Assembly (NCBI GenBank): GCA_000697335.1
Contig: JNEM01009894.1
Coordinates: 1 to 64,000 of the forward strand
Direction: 5' to 3'
DNA: 64,000 nt
From: Conidiobolus incongruus B7586
Lineage: Eukaryota
Position numbers and translations under genes: made by a program. A model generated the notes under the pieces. The model saw nothing but the letters and a program-made list of their open reading frames with translations, was not told the DNA's origin and did no database searches. Of the stretch, positions 29,717-43,506 are shown piece after piece; position 1 is the first letter of the stretch; each line of letters opens with the position of its first letter.

Positions 29717-31112
29717 TTAATAAGTAACCGCTGTTTTAATAGCTTCGAAACATCTGTGCATGTCAGGAAGGTAGAACTTTTCGAATACTAAGGGGAAAGG
29801 AGTGTCATAGCCACACACTCTTTGGATGGGAGCTTCTAATCTTAAGAAGCACTCTTCTTGGATAGTGCTGGCAATTTCGGCAGCAAAGCCCATGGTCTTA
29901 GGAGCTTCATGAGCAACTACTAAACGACCAGTCTTATTGACACTATTGACAACTGTTTCAACATCCCAGGGGAAAATCGTACGAAGATCAATTAATTCAC
30001 AGCTTAGACCAGGGAATTTTTCTTCGGCAAGTTGGATAGCATTTTCTAAGGCATAAATTTGACTTCCCCATCCTAAAACGGTGACATCTTTGCCTGGCTT
30101 CAAGATTTCAGCTTTACCTAAGGGTAATTCATAGTCTCCAACAGGAACGTACTCAACAGCGGCACGATACAAAATCTTGGGCTCAAAAAATAAAACAGGA
30201 TTGCGGTCACGAATTGAAGCAAGAAGCAAACCTTTAGCTTGTATAGGACTTCTGGGGATGACAACCTTTAAGCCAGAGGCATGAGGGAAGAAGGCTTCGG
30301 GACTTTGAGAGTGATAGTGACCACCGTGGCCAACAGCACTGCAGGGAGAGCGGAATGTCAAGCCACCGACATCGAAGATACCACCAGAGCGGTAACGATA
30401 TTTTGCAGCTTCATTAACAATTTGATCAAAAGCAGGGAAGATATAGTCAGCAAATTGCATTTCAGCAATAGCAGTATGACCCATAGCAGCCATACCAATA
30501 GCGAAACCAGCAATACCTTGTTCAGTCAAAGGAGTGTTGAAAACTCTGTCTTTACCAAAAGTTTCAGCCAAACCCATAGTACAACGGAACACACCACCAA
30601 AAGCAACATCCTCACCAAAGATAACTAAATAATATATTATAAATATTGTAAATTAAGGTCGATAATTTTATATTACCTGCTTTTTCATCTGTGGCCAAGG
30701 CAATTGACATGGCATCATTCAAAGATTGAAATAAGTTGAGTTTTTTGGTTTCTCCTATAAATACCTTATTAGTGTCATGTAAATATTATAAACTTGATTC
30801 GAAGTACCGTGCTCAACACCGGTACCAATCAACTCGGGATTTCTCAAAGCATCATCGTGATTCTTTTTAATAAACTGAGAGTGAGCAACACCTGGGTGAA
30901 AACCTTCAGCTGGAGGTGGACTTTCAGCGAAAGCTAAGGGAGAGGAATGAAATTTCTATTTCAAACATTCAATATATATATTATTATTATTATTATTATT
31001 ATTAAACTTTCAAAAATAAAATGTATACCTTATTTAAAACAAGTCTTGATGTGATTGTATTGTTTTTAGAAATAACATTTAAAACAGATCTTTGATTTAA
31101 AAGTCTAATCAT
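29717..31112 (-). CDS. BCKDHB: Branched-chain 2-oxoacid dehydrogenase E1 beta subunit
   Basis: [59 protein letters not shown]; mitochondrial presequence exon from ATG 31112. Confidence 0.97.
30980..31004. repeat. (ATT)n microsatellite in BCKDHB intron 1
   Basis: About 8 consecutive ATT units. Confidence 0.85.
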
Positions 31113-32811
31113 CTTGTTTAGTATATGAGTTGATTATTAATAAAAAAATCAAATGATTGTTAATAAACGTTGATTTTCTCACTTTATATAAATACTTTAT
31201 TTTCAAAATATATTGGATATTTAAGCCATCTCCACACTAGTTTTCATATTATTTTGGTGACGAATGAAGTAATATTCAATCCTCAAAATCATACCTCATT
31301 TAATACATGAATATGATTGGGTAAATCAATTCATTAAGGTCATTGACTGCTTTATTTTGAAAAGACACTGGATATACTCTTGTATCACATGATCTTTGAA
31401 TTATACTATTTTTATTTTTCGAATTTCTGTTAATTAAATTTATCCAATCATTTTAATTATTATGGGATATTAATACTCATATAACAATTATATATAGAAA
31501 TTTGATCTATTTAAAAAAATATCATATATTAATTGTATAAACTGAATTTTATATAACCTAATATTATTTGATAATTCAAAGACTTAATATATATTTAAAT
31601 GATCCAAATCTATTGTATAAATATAATGTAATATATGTAATTTGATTAGGTATTTTGATTGCAGTGTTAAAATATAAATTTGATTCAAAGTCAATATTAA
31701 ATCTTATATAAAAATAATACCAGTAATAATTATGATATTAATATAATACATCAAAAATATTATCCTTAGTGGGTCATTAAAATATATTTTAACAATTATG
31801 ATTAGAAATATTCACTAACTTTTCAATGTTCTTTATGTTCCAACTTTATAAATGGTTTAATTTTACAATATTATCAATTTGAAAAAAAATCAAATTTTAA
31901 AATTTATTAATGAAAATGTTAATATAAAATAATAGCTTATGATTTTCACAGTTTTTGCTGTATTTTTTTATTTTTCAACCAAGAAAAAATCTTGAATATG
32001 ACTTTATTTTTCAAATCAATTAAATATTTGAATTTTTAATAAATAAAATATACTGTATATACTTGATAAAAAATTTTTATTAAATAATTGGTAACTTTAT
32101 AGTTTTTTTAATTACAACTTGAAAAAAATATTTTAATAAGGAAGTATACTTTTGTTGACAAAAATAAGGATACTAGTAATTTGCAACATCACTTATAAAA
32201 TAAAATATATTATCAACAATTGCAACAACTATTTGATAAGTGAAACCTTATCAACTAATATAATATATTTTACTTATATCAAATCACTTAAATTTTTATC
32301 CTGATTTCATGAAAAAGCATTATAATTTAATCAATTTATTAATATATAATGGTTAAAAATTTAAATTTTTTATGAAACATAAAATGATTAATTGAATATA
32401 TTGGTAATATTATTGTTTTTATGAATTCAATTGTTAAATTATTTAAAATAAAGTAGGTTATTATACTTAAAGAGATATTACTCTTTTATTATGATAAATT
32501 CATACTTATTAAATAATTCTAATTTTCAATAATGTCGAAATAATAGAATATTATTTTATATTTAATATTTAATTGATAAAATTTTAAATGACTGTTGATG
32601 TATTAATATTAACCAAATACTCTTTCACTTTCTTTGCATTTATTGTATGATAATCTTAAATTAACATTATGATATGATACTAAATGGTAATGCTCATATT
32701 GATCATTGATTTAATGTATGAATCCTTTGCTTTATTGTGTCGAAAATGTAAAACAAGTTTATTTATGTTTATAGTTTGTGTAATGATTTAAACATACTCA
32801 ATATTTTCATA

Positions 32812-35592
32812 TCATTGACTGATGACATTAATAGTATCTAAACTATATTCAGGGAATGTACTGGTTTCTAATTCCAATCTAAATGCTCTCCAGGCTATTT
32901 TGGTAGAATGCGATTGAACCAGCAATTTCTTAAGAGAATAAGGACTTTCGATCCTAGGTTGCTTCCTTAAATCGGTACTTCCTTGGTAAATTCCTAATGG
33001 ATCCCTGGGTATCCAAACGATCGGTTGGGGGAAGGCAATGATTGAATGTGCAGAATAGTACTCTAAAGATTGATCGTATAGACTACGGGACGAGTTTTGA
33101 CTCTTTAGGGGTCCCAAAAAGTCTAGATCCTGTGAGTAGATATTCTTTGCAAACTCGGCAGATTTTCATTTATGAAGAAGTTTAGTTGATCTGAAGCTTT
33201 CAAGAGATCCAGAAGAATATAGTTCTTCATCGTCGATTTGAATTCGAATACTGGCGCTTTTAGCTTGGGAGAGTGAAGAATTATGGTGCGATTTAACAGA
33301 ATAAAAATCAGTATCTGGTGATTTAGGGTGGAGTGGTTTTACTTCTAGGATAGAGAATAATGATGCGGTTTCCCTTTCATCCTCCAAAGTTTCAACAGAT
33401 AAGTCAATGTCCGTTGGTAAGTATTTGACATGACTAGAAAATATAAAATTCATCATATATTGACTGAGCATAGATAAAAACAATAAGAGCAAATATAAAA
33501 TAATAAACTCTACCTTTTTGATCGAAATAAATATCCCAAAAATGTAATACATAATAAATAAATGCCAGAGAATAGTTGATTCACTGCCTTTACAAAGAAT
33601 TGTCTTCCAGATTGAGTGATTTCTGTATCGTAAGCAAAAAGCATTTGATGATTTTATACAAAAAGGAAGATCCTAAAATGCACAGTAATGAATAGAGTGC
33701 ATATTGATGTTATTGTATAATAAATTGTGCCGATTGCAAATATTATGGTTTGATCTGCCCATAACTGTCTCCATTCTGCCTCTTTTAGCCTCATTAGAGT
33801 GAGCTTTGCCCTAGGAGTTGAAGCAAGCAAGTAGGTCATCAACTGTCTTAAAACCGAGTCCTTTGGAGAGAGGATTTCGAGCAGCTGCATTTAAAGTCTT
33901 CAATAAGATATAGGCATTGAAGAATTTTGGATTTGGTAGAAGAATTGTAGCAAACAGATTGAAGACAACAATTTTGTTTTTGCTGATATGCTGAACTTAG
34001 TCCTAAATCAATGCAATACTACCAAAAACCGTGGACCCAATTATAAAAGTAATGACAGTAAACCAATAGTACTTGTACATGACTGATAGTTCAACATCGT
34101 TTTTTCTTGGAACACCCTGGTATTTTGAAATCCTCGCATAAATTTTAGGGACTAGTTTGTTCAGTAATAATATCGCAATGACAGGTAAGATGGACTGGAT
34201 GAATGCTAGAAACTTGATATTCAAATTTTCAATCCATTCAAACCCAGGTAAGGTCTGAAGTTTGCTCAAATTCGCGACTGCATTGACTATTCCGACAGGA
34301 AAATAGCAGAATGCTTCAATCAAAGCTCCTAGTATTTCGCCAATTGCTCCGCGAACCAGCAATTCCAGAGGAGTGAGATTCAAGTCTTCCCATATCATGT
34401 CTTTCGGTTGAACATCTACGTGCCTTAGATTCATATGCAAAAACTGATGGCTAAAAACATTTTGAGCTGTAATATGATTGTTAAATATTACAAAAGCCGA
34501 TTTCTGGGGTGGAAAAGTATTGTATTGCTTTCTCAAGTAATGTATTTCTGCATACATTAAAGGTAATTGCCATCGATAATGATGGATAGTGCCAACTCTC
34601 TTTCCCATTAGTCCTAAGAATCCGATCTGATGGTTGGGTCGTGTCACTTTTTTACCAGCTTTATTGCATGTTATAAAATAACGAGTTTCAGCTAATTCCA
34701 GTTTATTGTAAGCCTTATTCCTACGTTTTATGACCACACTTAGCTTTTTAGTTGATCCATTAACTGCAATATGTATAATACCACCATGATAAACCTCAAA
34801 TATTTTTGTTAGCTGTTCTTTACTTTGTAATTAGGCTGAAATTGAACCAATAAATGGTCTTCTCGCGTGAGGTTTGTTACAATAAAGGAGATCTGTTAAA
34901 TAAGCGTGCTTCCCTCTAATATATTCTCTCGTTAGACGAATACATACATAATTGCTGGCACCTATTATTATATTTACATTAATATATTGATATCAAAGTA
35001 TTAGTGATCTTTGCTAATAAATATATAAGCCAATAAAATATGAGTCCAGTATCGATCAAAGGCGTCCATATTAATATTACTCGAAGTTGAAGAATCTAAA
35101 CCATGTAAATCACTATCTCCTGTGTCATTAAGCAGAATTTTAATAATGTTTGATGTTATAAATTTCGGACAAATTCATCATCCACCTTAAAAATTTGATC
35201 AACATATATCCATCCAAGCCTGATATATGCAATATATTTTCGTTATTTGCGAAAAGTAACTTTAATCCAAGCAAACATTCCATTATTCAAATCATTCACT
35301 TTTCTATATCAAAAAATAATAATCAAAATATAGTCGAATTATGTATGTATTTCTGATTACTGGAAATTGTTAAAGATAATTTTGGTAAATAAATTCCATT
35401 GAAATACGTTCGAATAATTATAAAAACAATATATAATATAGTACCTACTGCAAAATGAAAAGAATAACTATTAAAATCATGTAACAATGTATTTCCTGTT
35501 TTGCTAGCTAATCCATGTGAATGTACAGTATCATTGAAAAAATTAGGATTTTCAAAGATATTATCAAAATCCAATTTTGAGTCAATATCCAT
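32812..35592 (-). pseudogene. Fragmented CSC1/OSCA paralog
   Basis: ORF pieces colinear with the 22671-25349 gene (NKLELAETRY, KSAFVIFNN, YQGVPRKNDV, PQPIVWIPRDPLGIY), broken by stops and frameshifts. Confidence 0.85.
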
Positions 35593-36751
35593 TTAAAATC
35601 AATTATTGATTTAAAATTAACAATCAGTAATAAAATCTTATTAAATATTAAGAATTCTTTGAAACAATATGACCAAATAGTTATAGATATATAATTATTA
35701 ATTTTTACTATCAATCATCGCCAATTTACTCTCGGATTATTTCATAATTTTTTTAAATTTATTTTTTGAATTGAAAAATGGAATGTACTGAATTAAAATA
35801 AATTTTACTTCAAATTAGGAATTTTTTCATATTCCTCAATATTTTAATACATTATTTATCAATATATTTATTTTTATTCTTTTAATAGTAAACAATTCTT
35901 GAAAAAAAATTAAATCATTAAAAATTAAAGCACTTAATTAAATTAGTAAAAGCTTATAATTGATTAAAATTACACTTATTTTTTTTAATAATTTTAATTA
36001 ATATTAATAAAATTTAAAATTAATTCTATTAATTTTAATGATATATATTAGTTTTAACCAAAATTCTTAATTATTAAAATTATGATTAACTTATCCAATG
36101 AAATGTAAATCAAATATTAAGAAATCTAAATACAATTTTAAAGTAATATTAGTTATATGAATAATTATATTATATACTACTGTATAAATCAATATATTTA
36201 AATTTAAGCACTTAAGGAATTATTTCATTTAATGCCGAATTAGAGTATTTACATGAATCTCTTTTTGGTTCATTATCATATTCAATTTGTTATTCTCAAC
36301 ACTGTCAATATCATATTATCAAACTCGGTATAAATTTACGAGTACTTCTTTTGTTAAATTATATTATACAAATACTAGTTTTTCAGACAAAGTTTATTTA
36401 AATTTTATCATCTGATGAGGTATGAGATATTGATGTATAATTTATTCAATCAAAGCTACATTGAAGTATTCTCAAATGATCAAACATGAATTTGATTTTC
36501 ACTGCTGAATAATGATATTATAAAAATTAAGTTGATTGTAATGTTAAATGAAGCCAATAGATATATATGAAATGAACATAAAATTATATTAAAAACAAAA
36601 TTAAACAGATAATTTGATAATATAAAAATAGATGAATAAAATCAATTAATAGTCTTTATGTCCTGAATAAGATAAAAGGAATTTAAAATTATATAGTATG
36701 AACTCATATATTAAATGAATCAGCTGGAATTAGAATTTAGTTTGATTGTAA

Positions 36752-37897
36752 TTAAAACAAGAATGATCCTATCAAGAAGGAAGCAATGGCAACACCAATA
36801 ATGATTTGAGCGTCTAATGGCTTATGAATAGTTTGAACACCCATTTGAGAAGTACTGCTTTCATTAGCAAATTTAGAAGAATTCTATATTAAAAATATAA
36901 GTTATTCGATCATAAATTAATTTGAGGAATATAATATACCTTGAGTTCAGAATATTGAGCTTTCAGAGTTTCTAATTCAGTATTAAGTTGAGCTATTGTA
37001 GCTCTAGCCTGGTCAAAGAATTAGTTAATGGTATAAAATTGTAACGAATGTCATTACCTGCTCTAATTGATATTGAAGGTTAGTGGAGTTGTTATTAGTG
37101 GCATCAAAAGATCTCATAGTAGAGCTGAAATCTGGCAAAGGAGCGTGAGAGACGGAGGTTTCCCTGGCTGTTGAATATTGAGGAGGTGTGTTTTGAGGTG
37201 TGGCCAAACCAGTTTCGGTTTTAGACTCAGGGTCTAGGGAATTTTCAATGGCACTTCTTTGACTCTCCTTCTCAGCCTTTGACAAGAAGACGACACGAAG
37301 TTTCTTTTCTTTGATTTGGTCAGTACCTCCTTGCTCAATAGTACCCCACTAGAGAATTTTGAATTAATAAAATTTATCAAAGAAAGATTGGACTTACAAG
37401 TGAAGAAATAGGTAAATCTTGCTTGTCAGCAGTAATCAAAGTAGTTTGAACTAGAAATTTATCTTTAGATTTGAAATCAGCAGGGGGTTCTTCTTTAAAA
37501 GGTTGAAGTAAAACTAAAAAATTACAAAAGGTAAGATAATTTGAAGACGAAAAGAAATGAAGGAATCTTACTTGTTACTTCAACTTCTCCATTGGCTTCA
37601 ACTTTACCAGCATTAGGACGTACGCAATATTGGCGTGGAGAATTGGTTTTAACTTTGAAAGCAATAGGTTCAGAGTTACGATTTTTTATTTTTAAAATTT
37701 CTTGACTTTGAACAGTTAAAGGTCCTATATTTTAAAAATTAAGTGTATATTAATAAATGAGAACAAATTAAACTGAGAAATTAATAAATTGAATAATGGA
37801 GAAGAATCATGGATTCAGATGACATAAATGAGATTGAATAAATTATACACTTACTTTCAAAGATTAAGTTATTAGAGGGCTCAAGAGTAACAGACAT
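36752..37897 (-). CDS. SCS2: VAP/Scs2 ER membrane protein (MSP domain, coiled coil, C-terminal TM)
   Basis: IAFKVKTNSPRQYCVRPNAG, KSKDKFLVQ, EKKLRVVF; tail anchor IIIGVAIASFLIGSFLF*. Confidence 0.93.
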
Positions 37898-39095
37898 TTC
37901 GTATTTGAAGGATAATTAATGAATATAAATAATTTTTAAAATGTATATAAACTGTTCAAGAGAATGATTTAACCAAAAGATAAATTATATTAAAATTTTT
38001 ATGCGTGAATAAAATTTATGATGTATCACAAATGCTCAGCTAAGTCACCAATTCAAGTTTATTTAGAAAATGTCATTAAGCATTGAATTTCTAAAATATA
38101 TTTATTATGACAATTTAATTTTAATTAAAATTCATATTGTGAGCAATCTTTTATTATTTGAGTTTTAAATTATAGATAGAGTAGATAAATTATATTATGA
38201 TTGGATGAATTAAAACTTATTAAATGAATAATTGGACGAATATTTAAGCATTTTATTACCAAAAATGTCTGACTTTGAAAATTTTCATCTCATCTAATTA
38301 ATAAAATAAATATATTATCTAAAATGTTTATGAAAATATCAAATGAAATGAAATTAAAATGATAATTTACTAATTAGCGATATATAAAATATTTTAGTAT
38401 TATTATTATTATTATTATCACTGTAGTTAAAATTGAATATGAAATGTTTACATTCATACAATGCAAATAGTTGCGTTAATTATGATTAAAGGAGATTATC
38501 ACATTGTGATAAACATAAAATATTGTTATCTCTGAAAATTCGGACGATTAAAATATATAAAAATTCATTAAGTGGAGAAATAAATGGTTAATTCTTTTGT
38601 TTAGACTGAAAAACTGTAATTGCTTGAGGACAGATAAGTTAAAGTTGTGTTTTAGAATAAGTCCAATCAAGATTAAATATATTGATAAATATTGAGATCT
38701 TATATATCAATATATATCATATTTTATAATATAAATTTATAACCAAAATTGAAATCCCTTTATATTCATAAGATTTAAATATAAAAAATTGAAGATTATT
38801 AGATCATACTTTCTTAGAATATGTCAATATCATTGGTATATGAAATGAAGCTACATTCTCAAAATACAGTTATAATATGATCTCGAAAATATTAATGCTC
38901 TCATTATAAGTAAATAATAATAATAATATTGCTCAAGAGTCATTTATTGAGACTAAATAATAGTGATAAAATATCATAAATCTAATTTAATAAGCAAAAT
39001 CGTTATATCCAGATAAAATTTGAGATCCCACATTTTAGTAAATATGTAATTGAAATAAATTAATGTGACTTATAAAGATAATTAATATATACTTG

Positions 39096-39687
39096 ATGAT
39101 GAATCAAGCTATAGAATCAATTTTTCATAATCATAGACAATTTGTTGAGTTTGAAACTCATATAGGTTTTCAAAAATTAATTAATTTTCCCTTTGTTACA
39201 GGTTTTGGTTATTTAAAATACAAGCTAATTAATTTTGATGGTAATAGCGTAATTGGTAGAACGGCAAAGTATACGTCTATTTTCAATATTCAATAGTATC
39301 TTGTAGCTAAAACTATATTTTAGTTCTCTAGTTGAGCAAAATTGTATCAATTGGAGTGATGAAATATTTGAAACTGTAAAATTTCCAATAAGCGAATCTG
39401 GCCACTTATTGAGTTGTAAAATTGAAATCACTTTTAAATACTTATCAGAAGCAAGAGCTCAGGCGAGAACTATGGGTATAGTTAATATTGATTTGGCAGA
39501 ATTTGCTGGTGATAGAAATTTTACTGTTCGATTTTTATTAATGGATTCAAAAATTAATTCTACTTTACAAGTAATAGATATTTTACAGATTATTGAAATA
39601 TTATTCAATTAGATTGTTTTTAGGTATTTATGAGTTTATATCAGATATCCGGAGATATTATTTATAAAAGGTATTGTTATATCTACA

Positions 39688-39726
<39 letters not shown>

Positions 39727-39995
39727 CTAATTGATTTTTATAGACCTAAGAATAATATTAGTAAAGTAACTTCTAGCTTAGATACTTTATCTAACTCAAA
39801 TGCAACACAAATTGAAACAAATAAAAAATATCACAGCCCAGAAGATTTACTTGTAAGTGAAAATTATCGTGATTAAGGTTTATATTTAATATCATTTACT
39901 GCTTATAGATGATTCAAAGTAAACTAATACAATTAACAACTAACTCAAAAGAAAAAGAATTAGTAGATGTAGTTGATGATATCCTGTATAATTAG
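39096..39995 (+). CDS. NT-C2 (EEIG1/EHBP1 N-terminal C2) domain protein
   Basis: LINFPFVTG, CINW, MGIVNIDLAEFA, RFLLMDSKINSTLQ across short exons. Confidence 0.78.
39692..39721. repeat. (AT)n microsatellite in an intron of the NT-C2 gene
   Basis: About 15 consecutive AT units. Confidence 0.9.
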
Positions 39996-40147
39996 ATAGA
40001 GTTTACAAATTGATATTTTTGATTACTAATTTTGATTTAATCACTTGATTTAATAAACCATAATAAAAATTATTATTTATTAAATGGATAAGTCAAGTAT
40101 CATTGATTAAGCATTGTGACCCAAATCTTTTTATATTTGTAATCAAA

Positions 40148-40743
40148 ATGAACGGTGGAAACTTAATTAACGCTAATCCTACTGTCTATCAAACCAAACA
40201 AGACATAACCAGAACTCCTTTACCTGAAGATTTTGACGATTCTGTTATTGATAAATTTGATAAATTAGAAATTTTTGGTATTACTTTATGGAATGATTTT
40301 TAATATTAATTATTAAATATTTTTGTTTAGACCTTATCCGCTCTATTAACGATCCTGAACACCCTTTGACCTTAGAACAACTCAATGTCACCCAATTAGA
40401 TCACATTTATGTTGACGAAGAAAATAACACTGTTAAAGTTGATTTTACACCAACTATCCCTCACTGCTCAATGGCTACTCTTATTGGACTCTGTATCCGT
40501 GTTCGTTTATTGAGAAGCCTTCCTGAAAGATTCAAAGTTGATATTGCAGTTCGTGAAGGAACTCATCAATCTGAAGATGCAGGTATTTCAAATTTATGAA
40601 TTCATTTTAATATTTTTATTAATTTGATTTTTTTTATAGTTAATAAACAACTCAATGATAAAGAAAGAGTTGCGGCTGCGTTAGAGAATCAGCATTTATT
40701 AGAAGTAGTGAACCAATGCTTGGCCACAACGACTCCTAACTAA
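40148..40743 (+). CDS. CIA2: Cytosolic Fe-S assembly component Cia2 (FAM96/MIP18)
   Basis: [51 protein letters not shown]; two introns. Confidence 0.96.
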
Positions 40744-41061
40744 AATATTTATTTTTCCTTGAAAAGATTGTATTCTATATTCTGCTTTCTATTTTACTAT
40801 TATCGCCTTTATCCTAAATTTATTGATCAAATAAATTCATCACATCGCTTTATAGTCGAATTATTATACTTATATTACAGTCAACGAAACACAAAATAGT
40901 TTGCTATTTCTTGCATTACTCTGTTTTAAATCGAATATTCAGATTTTATTATTGAAATAAATATATTTGAAAAATAATTAGTTTTTGAGCTACACATTCA
41001 GAACTTGAAGTAATAATAATACAGGTAAAAATGAAATTTAATAGAACTAAATTAAAATCTT

Positions 41062-41905
41062 CTAGTCTTCTCTTAAATAAACATAATCTCTAGTACTGGT
41101 ACCAAAATTGATAATATCTTTATGCTTTAATTCCACATATCTTACTGGAGGAATGGGTGTACCGTTCACTTTAGTTCCATTAGCTGATTCTAAATCAATG
41201 ATATATGGTCTATGAAATCATTAATATTCAATATATAAATATAATAACAATAAATGAGAGAAATTACTTAATAACCATACGTAATCTTCCTTCTTGATCT
41301 TTTTCTGTTACCTTTCGGTATTGTAAAGCAGCATGTTGCTTAGAACATGATGCATGATCAATTGGAATATCTACGACCTTAAGAAATATTAATTATTAAA
41401 ATATAAAATATTAGATATAAGTTATAATAAACTATACTTTTCTATCTCTACCAATTAAATAAGCACTTTGACGATATAATGGTAACATATCTAAGTAATA
41501 CAAATTAAAATGTTAGTTTTGAATTTGAATAATAAATAATATCAATGAATTACCTATTTCTTTGTCTCCCTTAAACACATACCATCTCCACTTTTGATTA
41601 GGTTTAGCAGCATCTGAAGGTTCATTATATTTAACAACTACTCCGTTATAAGTATTGGTTTCAGCTGTCAATAGTCCAGATCGCTCAAAGTTTGGCTTGA
41701 TTTCTATTTCGGATTCCTCTTTCCGAGGGGATATAGTGCGAGCTCTATCGCTCTGATTAGGTCTATTTTGATTATCAGATCTACTAGAATATCTTGAAGG
41801 TGATCTCGATCTTCTAGATCTATTTGGAGATTGTGAACGATCTCTATAACGGTCACTAGTATATTTGGAACTATATTTACTTCTTCTTGGACTTTCTGGA
41901 GACAT
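41062..41905 (-). CDS. SNIP1: FHA-domain splicing factor SNIP1/Pml1 (RES complex)
   Basis: RS-rich N-terminus, KPNFERSGLL, KYNEPSDA, YLIGRDR, HASCSKQHAALQYR, PYIIDLESANGT. Confidence 0.93.
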
Positions 41906-42235
41906 ATTTGAAGTTGTTTGGATTTGAATTAGTTTGCTAACATATTTTTTGCAGGACTTGGATTTTTCGTATATTTGAATTATGATATTTAAGTTAAATT
42001 TTATCAATTATGGGATTAATTTTAAAGGACAATTTATTGTCAATTAAATTATATCCATATATAGGATGACCTAATATTTGATATTACTAAATTTGGAAAT
42101 ATATCAACTTCTTTTAAATTAGATCATTGACAAAAGTTTTTCATATAGCTTCCTTATTATAATCTATTCACACATTGGTAATGGATTAATATTTTGTTAT
42201 TTATTAGTATTAATATTAAATTTGGCAATCAATTA

Positions 42236-43015
42236 TTATAGATGGATGAGTAATGTTAATATAAATATGGATATAGGGAACATGGTAATAAATGGAGTAA
42301 CATGAATCATTGCATTGGACGTAGATTCTGACTTGGATGAAGCTGAGGCTGTGCTAGATCCTTGAGAAGCTTTCTGAGTTTTTGATTTTGTAGCATGTGA
42401 TTTTTGGTTATTATCAAAGTTGCAGATAGGTCCAAAGTTTTGTGATTCTTCGCACATCTTATTCCATGATTCACATTCGTCCAAAGTGTTCAAATCATTG
42501 CAAAGACTTGAGTAGACTGAGAGGTTATCAATGGGGAGGGATGCGCCATTGAGCTTCTTGGGAATTCCAGTACAATTGGCTAGTACCGGGGCATCAGTAC
42601 ATATTTTTACAATAAGATTGGACAATTCGTTGGTAGAGGGTAATGATGGGAAGGGAGAGGCGTTTCTACATTGCTGATTTTTGCTATCTTTTCCTTTGGC
42701 GCATAGAGTATTTATGGTATTGCATACATTATCCTTGATTTTGTCAGATTTACAAACGCTGTATAGTACAGAAAAGCTTGAGCAATAGGGTCTTGTCACT
42801 TTAGATTGCTGGCACTTTTGCCAAAGACTGCATCCTGCATAAGTAGTACTATTTCCACATATTGAAGTGAGAGATTTGGTAATATCATTGTCAGGGATAA
42901 CTAAATCACTGCATTCTGTTGCAGTGGCATTTTTGAAACAGGAATCTAAGCTACATAAATGTAATTGAAGCAAGAAGAGCCAAGTTATTGGAGCAAACGA
43001 AATAAACAGCTTCAT
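42236..43015 (-). CDS. Secreted Cys-rich, probably GPI-anchored protein
   Basis: Intronless 259 aa; signal peptide, regularly spaced Cys domain, Ser/Thr linker, SNA followed by hydrophobic tail. Confidence 0.85.
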   Translation of the reverse strand: MKLFISFAPITWLFLLQLHLCSLDSCFKNATATECSDLVIPDNDITKSLTSICGNSTTYAGCSLWQKCQQSKVTRPYCSSFSVLYSVCKSDKIKDNVCNTINTLCAKGKDSKNQQCRNASPFPSLPSTNELSNLIVKICTDAPVLANCTGIPKKLNGASLPIDNLSVYSSLCNDLNTLDECESWNKMCEESQNFGPICNFDNNQKSHATKSKTQKASQGSSTASASSKSESTSNAMIHVTPFITMFPISIFILTLLIHL

Positions 43016-43506
43016 ATTAGTAGATTAATTAAGATAACAAAATTGATTTGGACATAGATGAATTCAAGTATTTATACCATAATTTATGACTAAATTTCTT
43101 ACATAAACAAATCTAATTTTAGTCATTGGATTTAAGTTTATATTCGGTTTTTAAAAGATTGGCATATTACTTAAAGTAAATTAGGATAATTTTAAATATC
43201 CAACCAATCAAAATTCAGCATGTGATCATATTTAGATTCTAATATATTTATCAAGAATCCATGCTGTATTATGGTGCATTTTATATTTTATCATTTAATA
43301 TTTATTATCAATCAGGAATATAAATCTTAATTAATATATCATTTGTAATTTCATTGCTTTATATGATAATTAAATATATATTTGGTTAAATTTACATAAA
43401 TTCAACAACAAATTGTTGATGAATTTACTCAAATCCGTTATATAATAATAATATACATATTAAAGTTAATTAAAATTTTAATCTTATAAAAATTTATTAT
43501 TTAATA

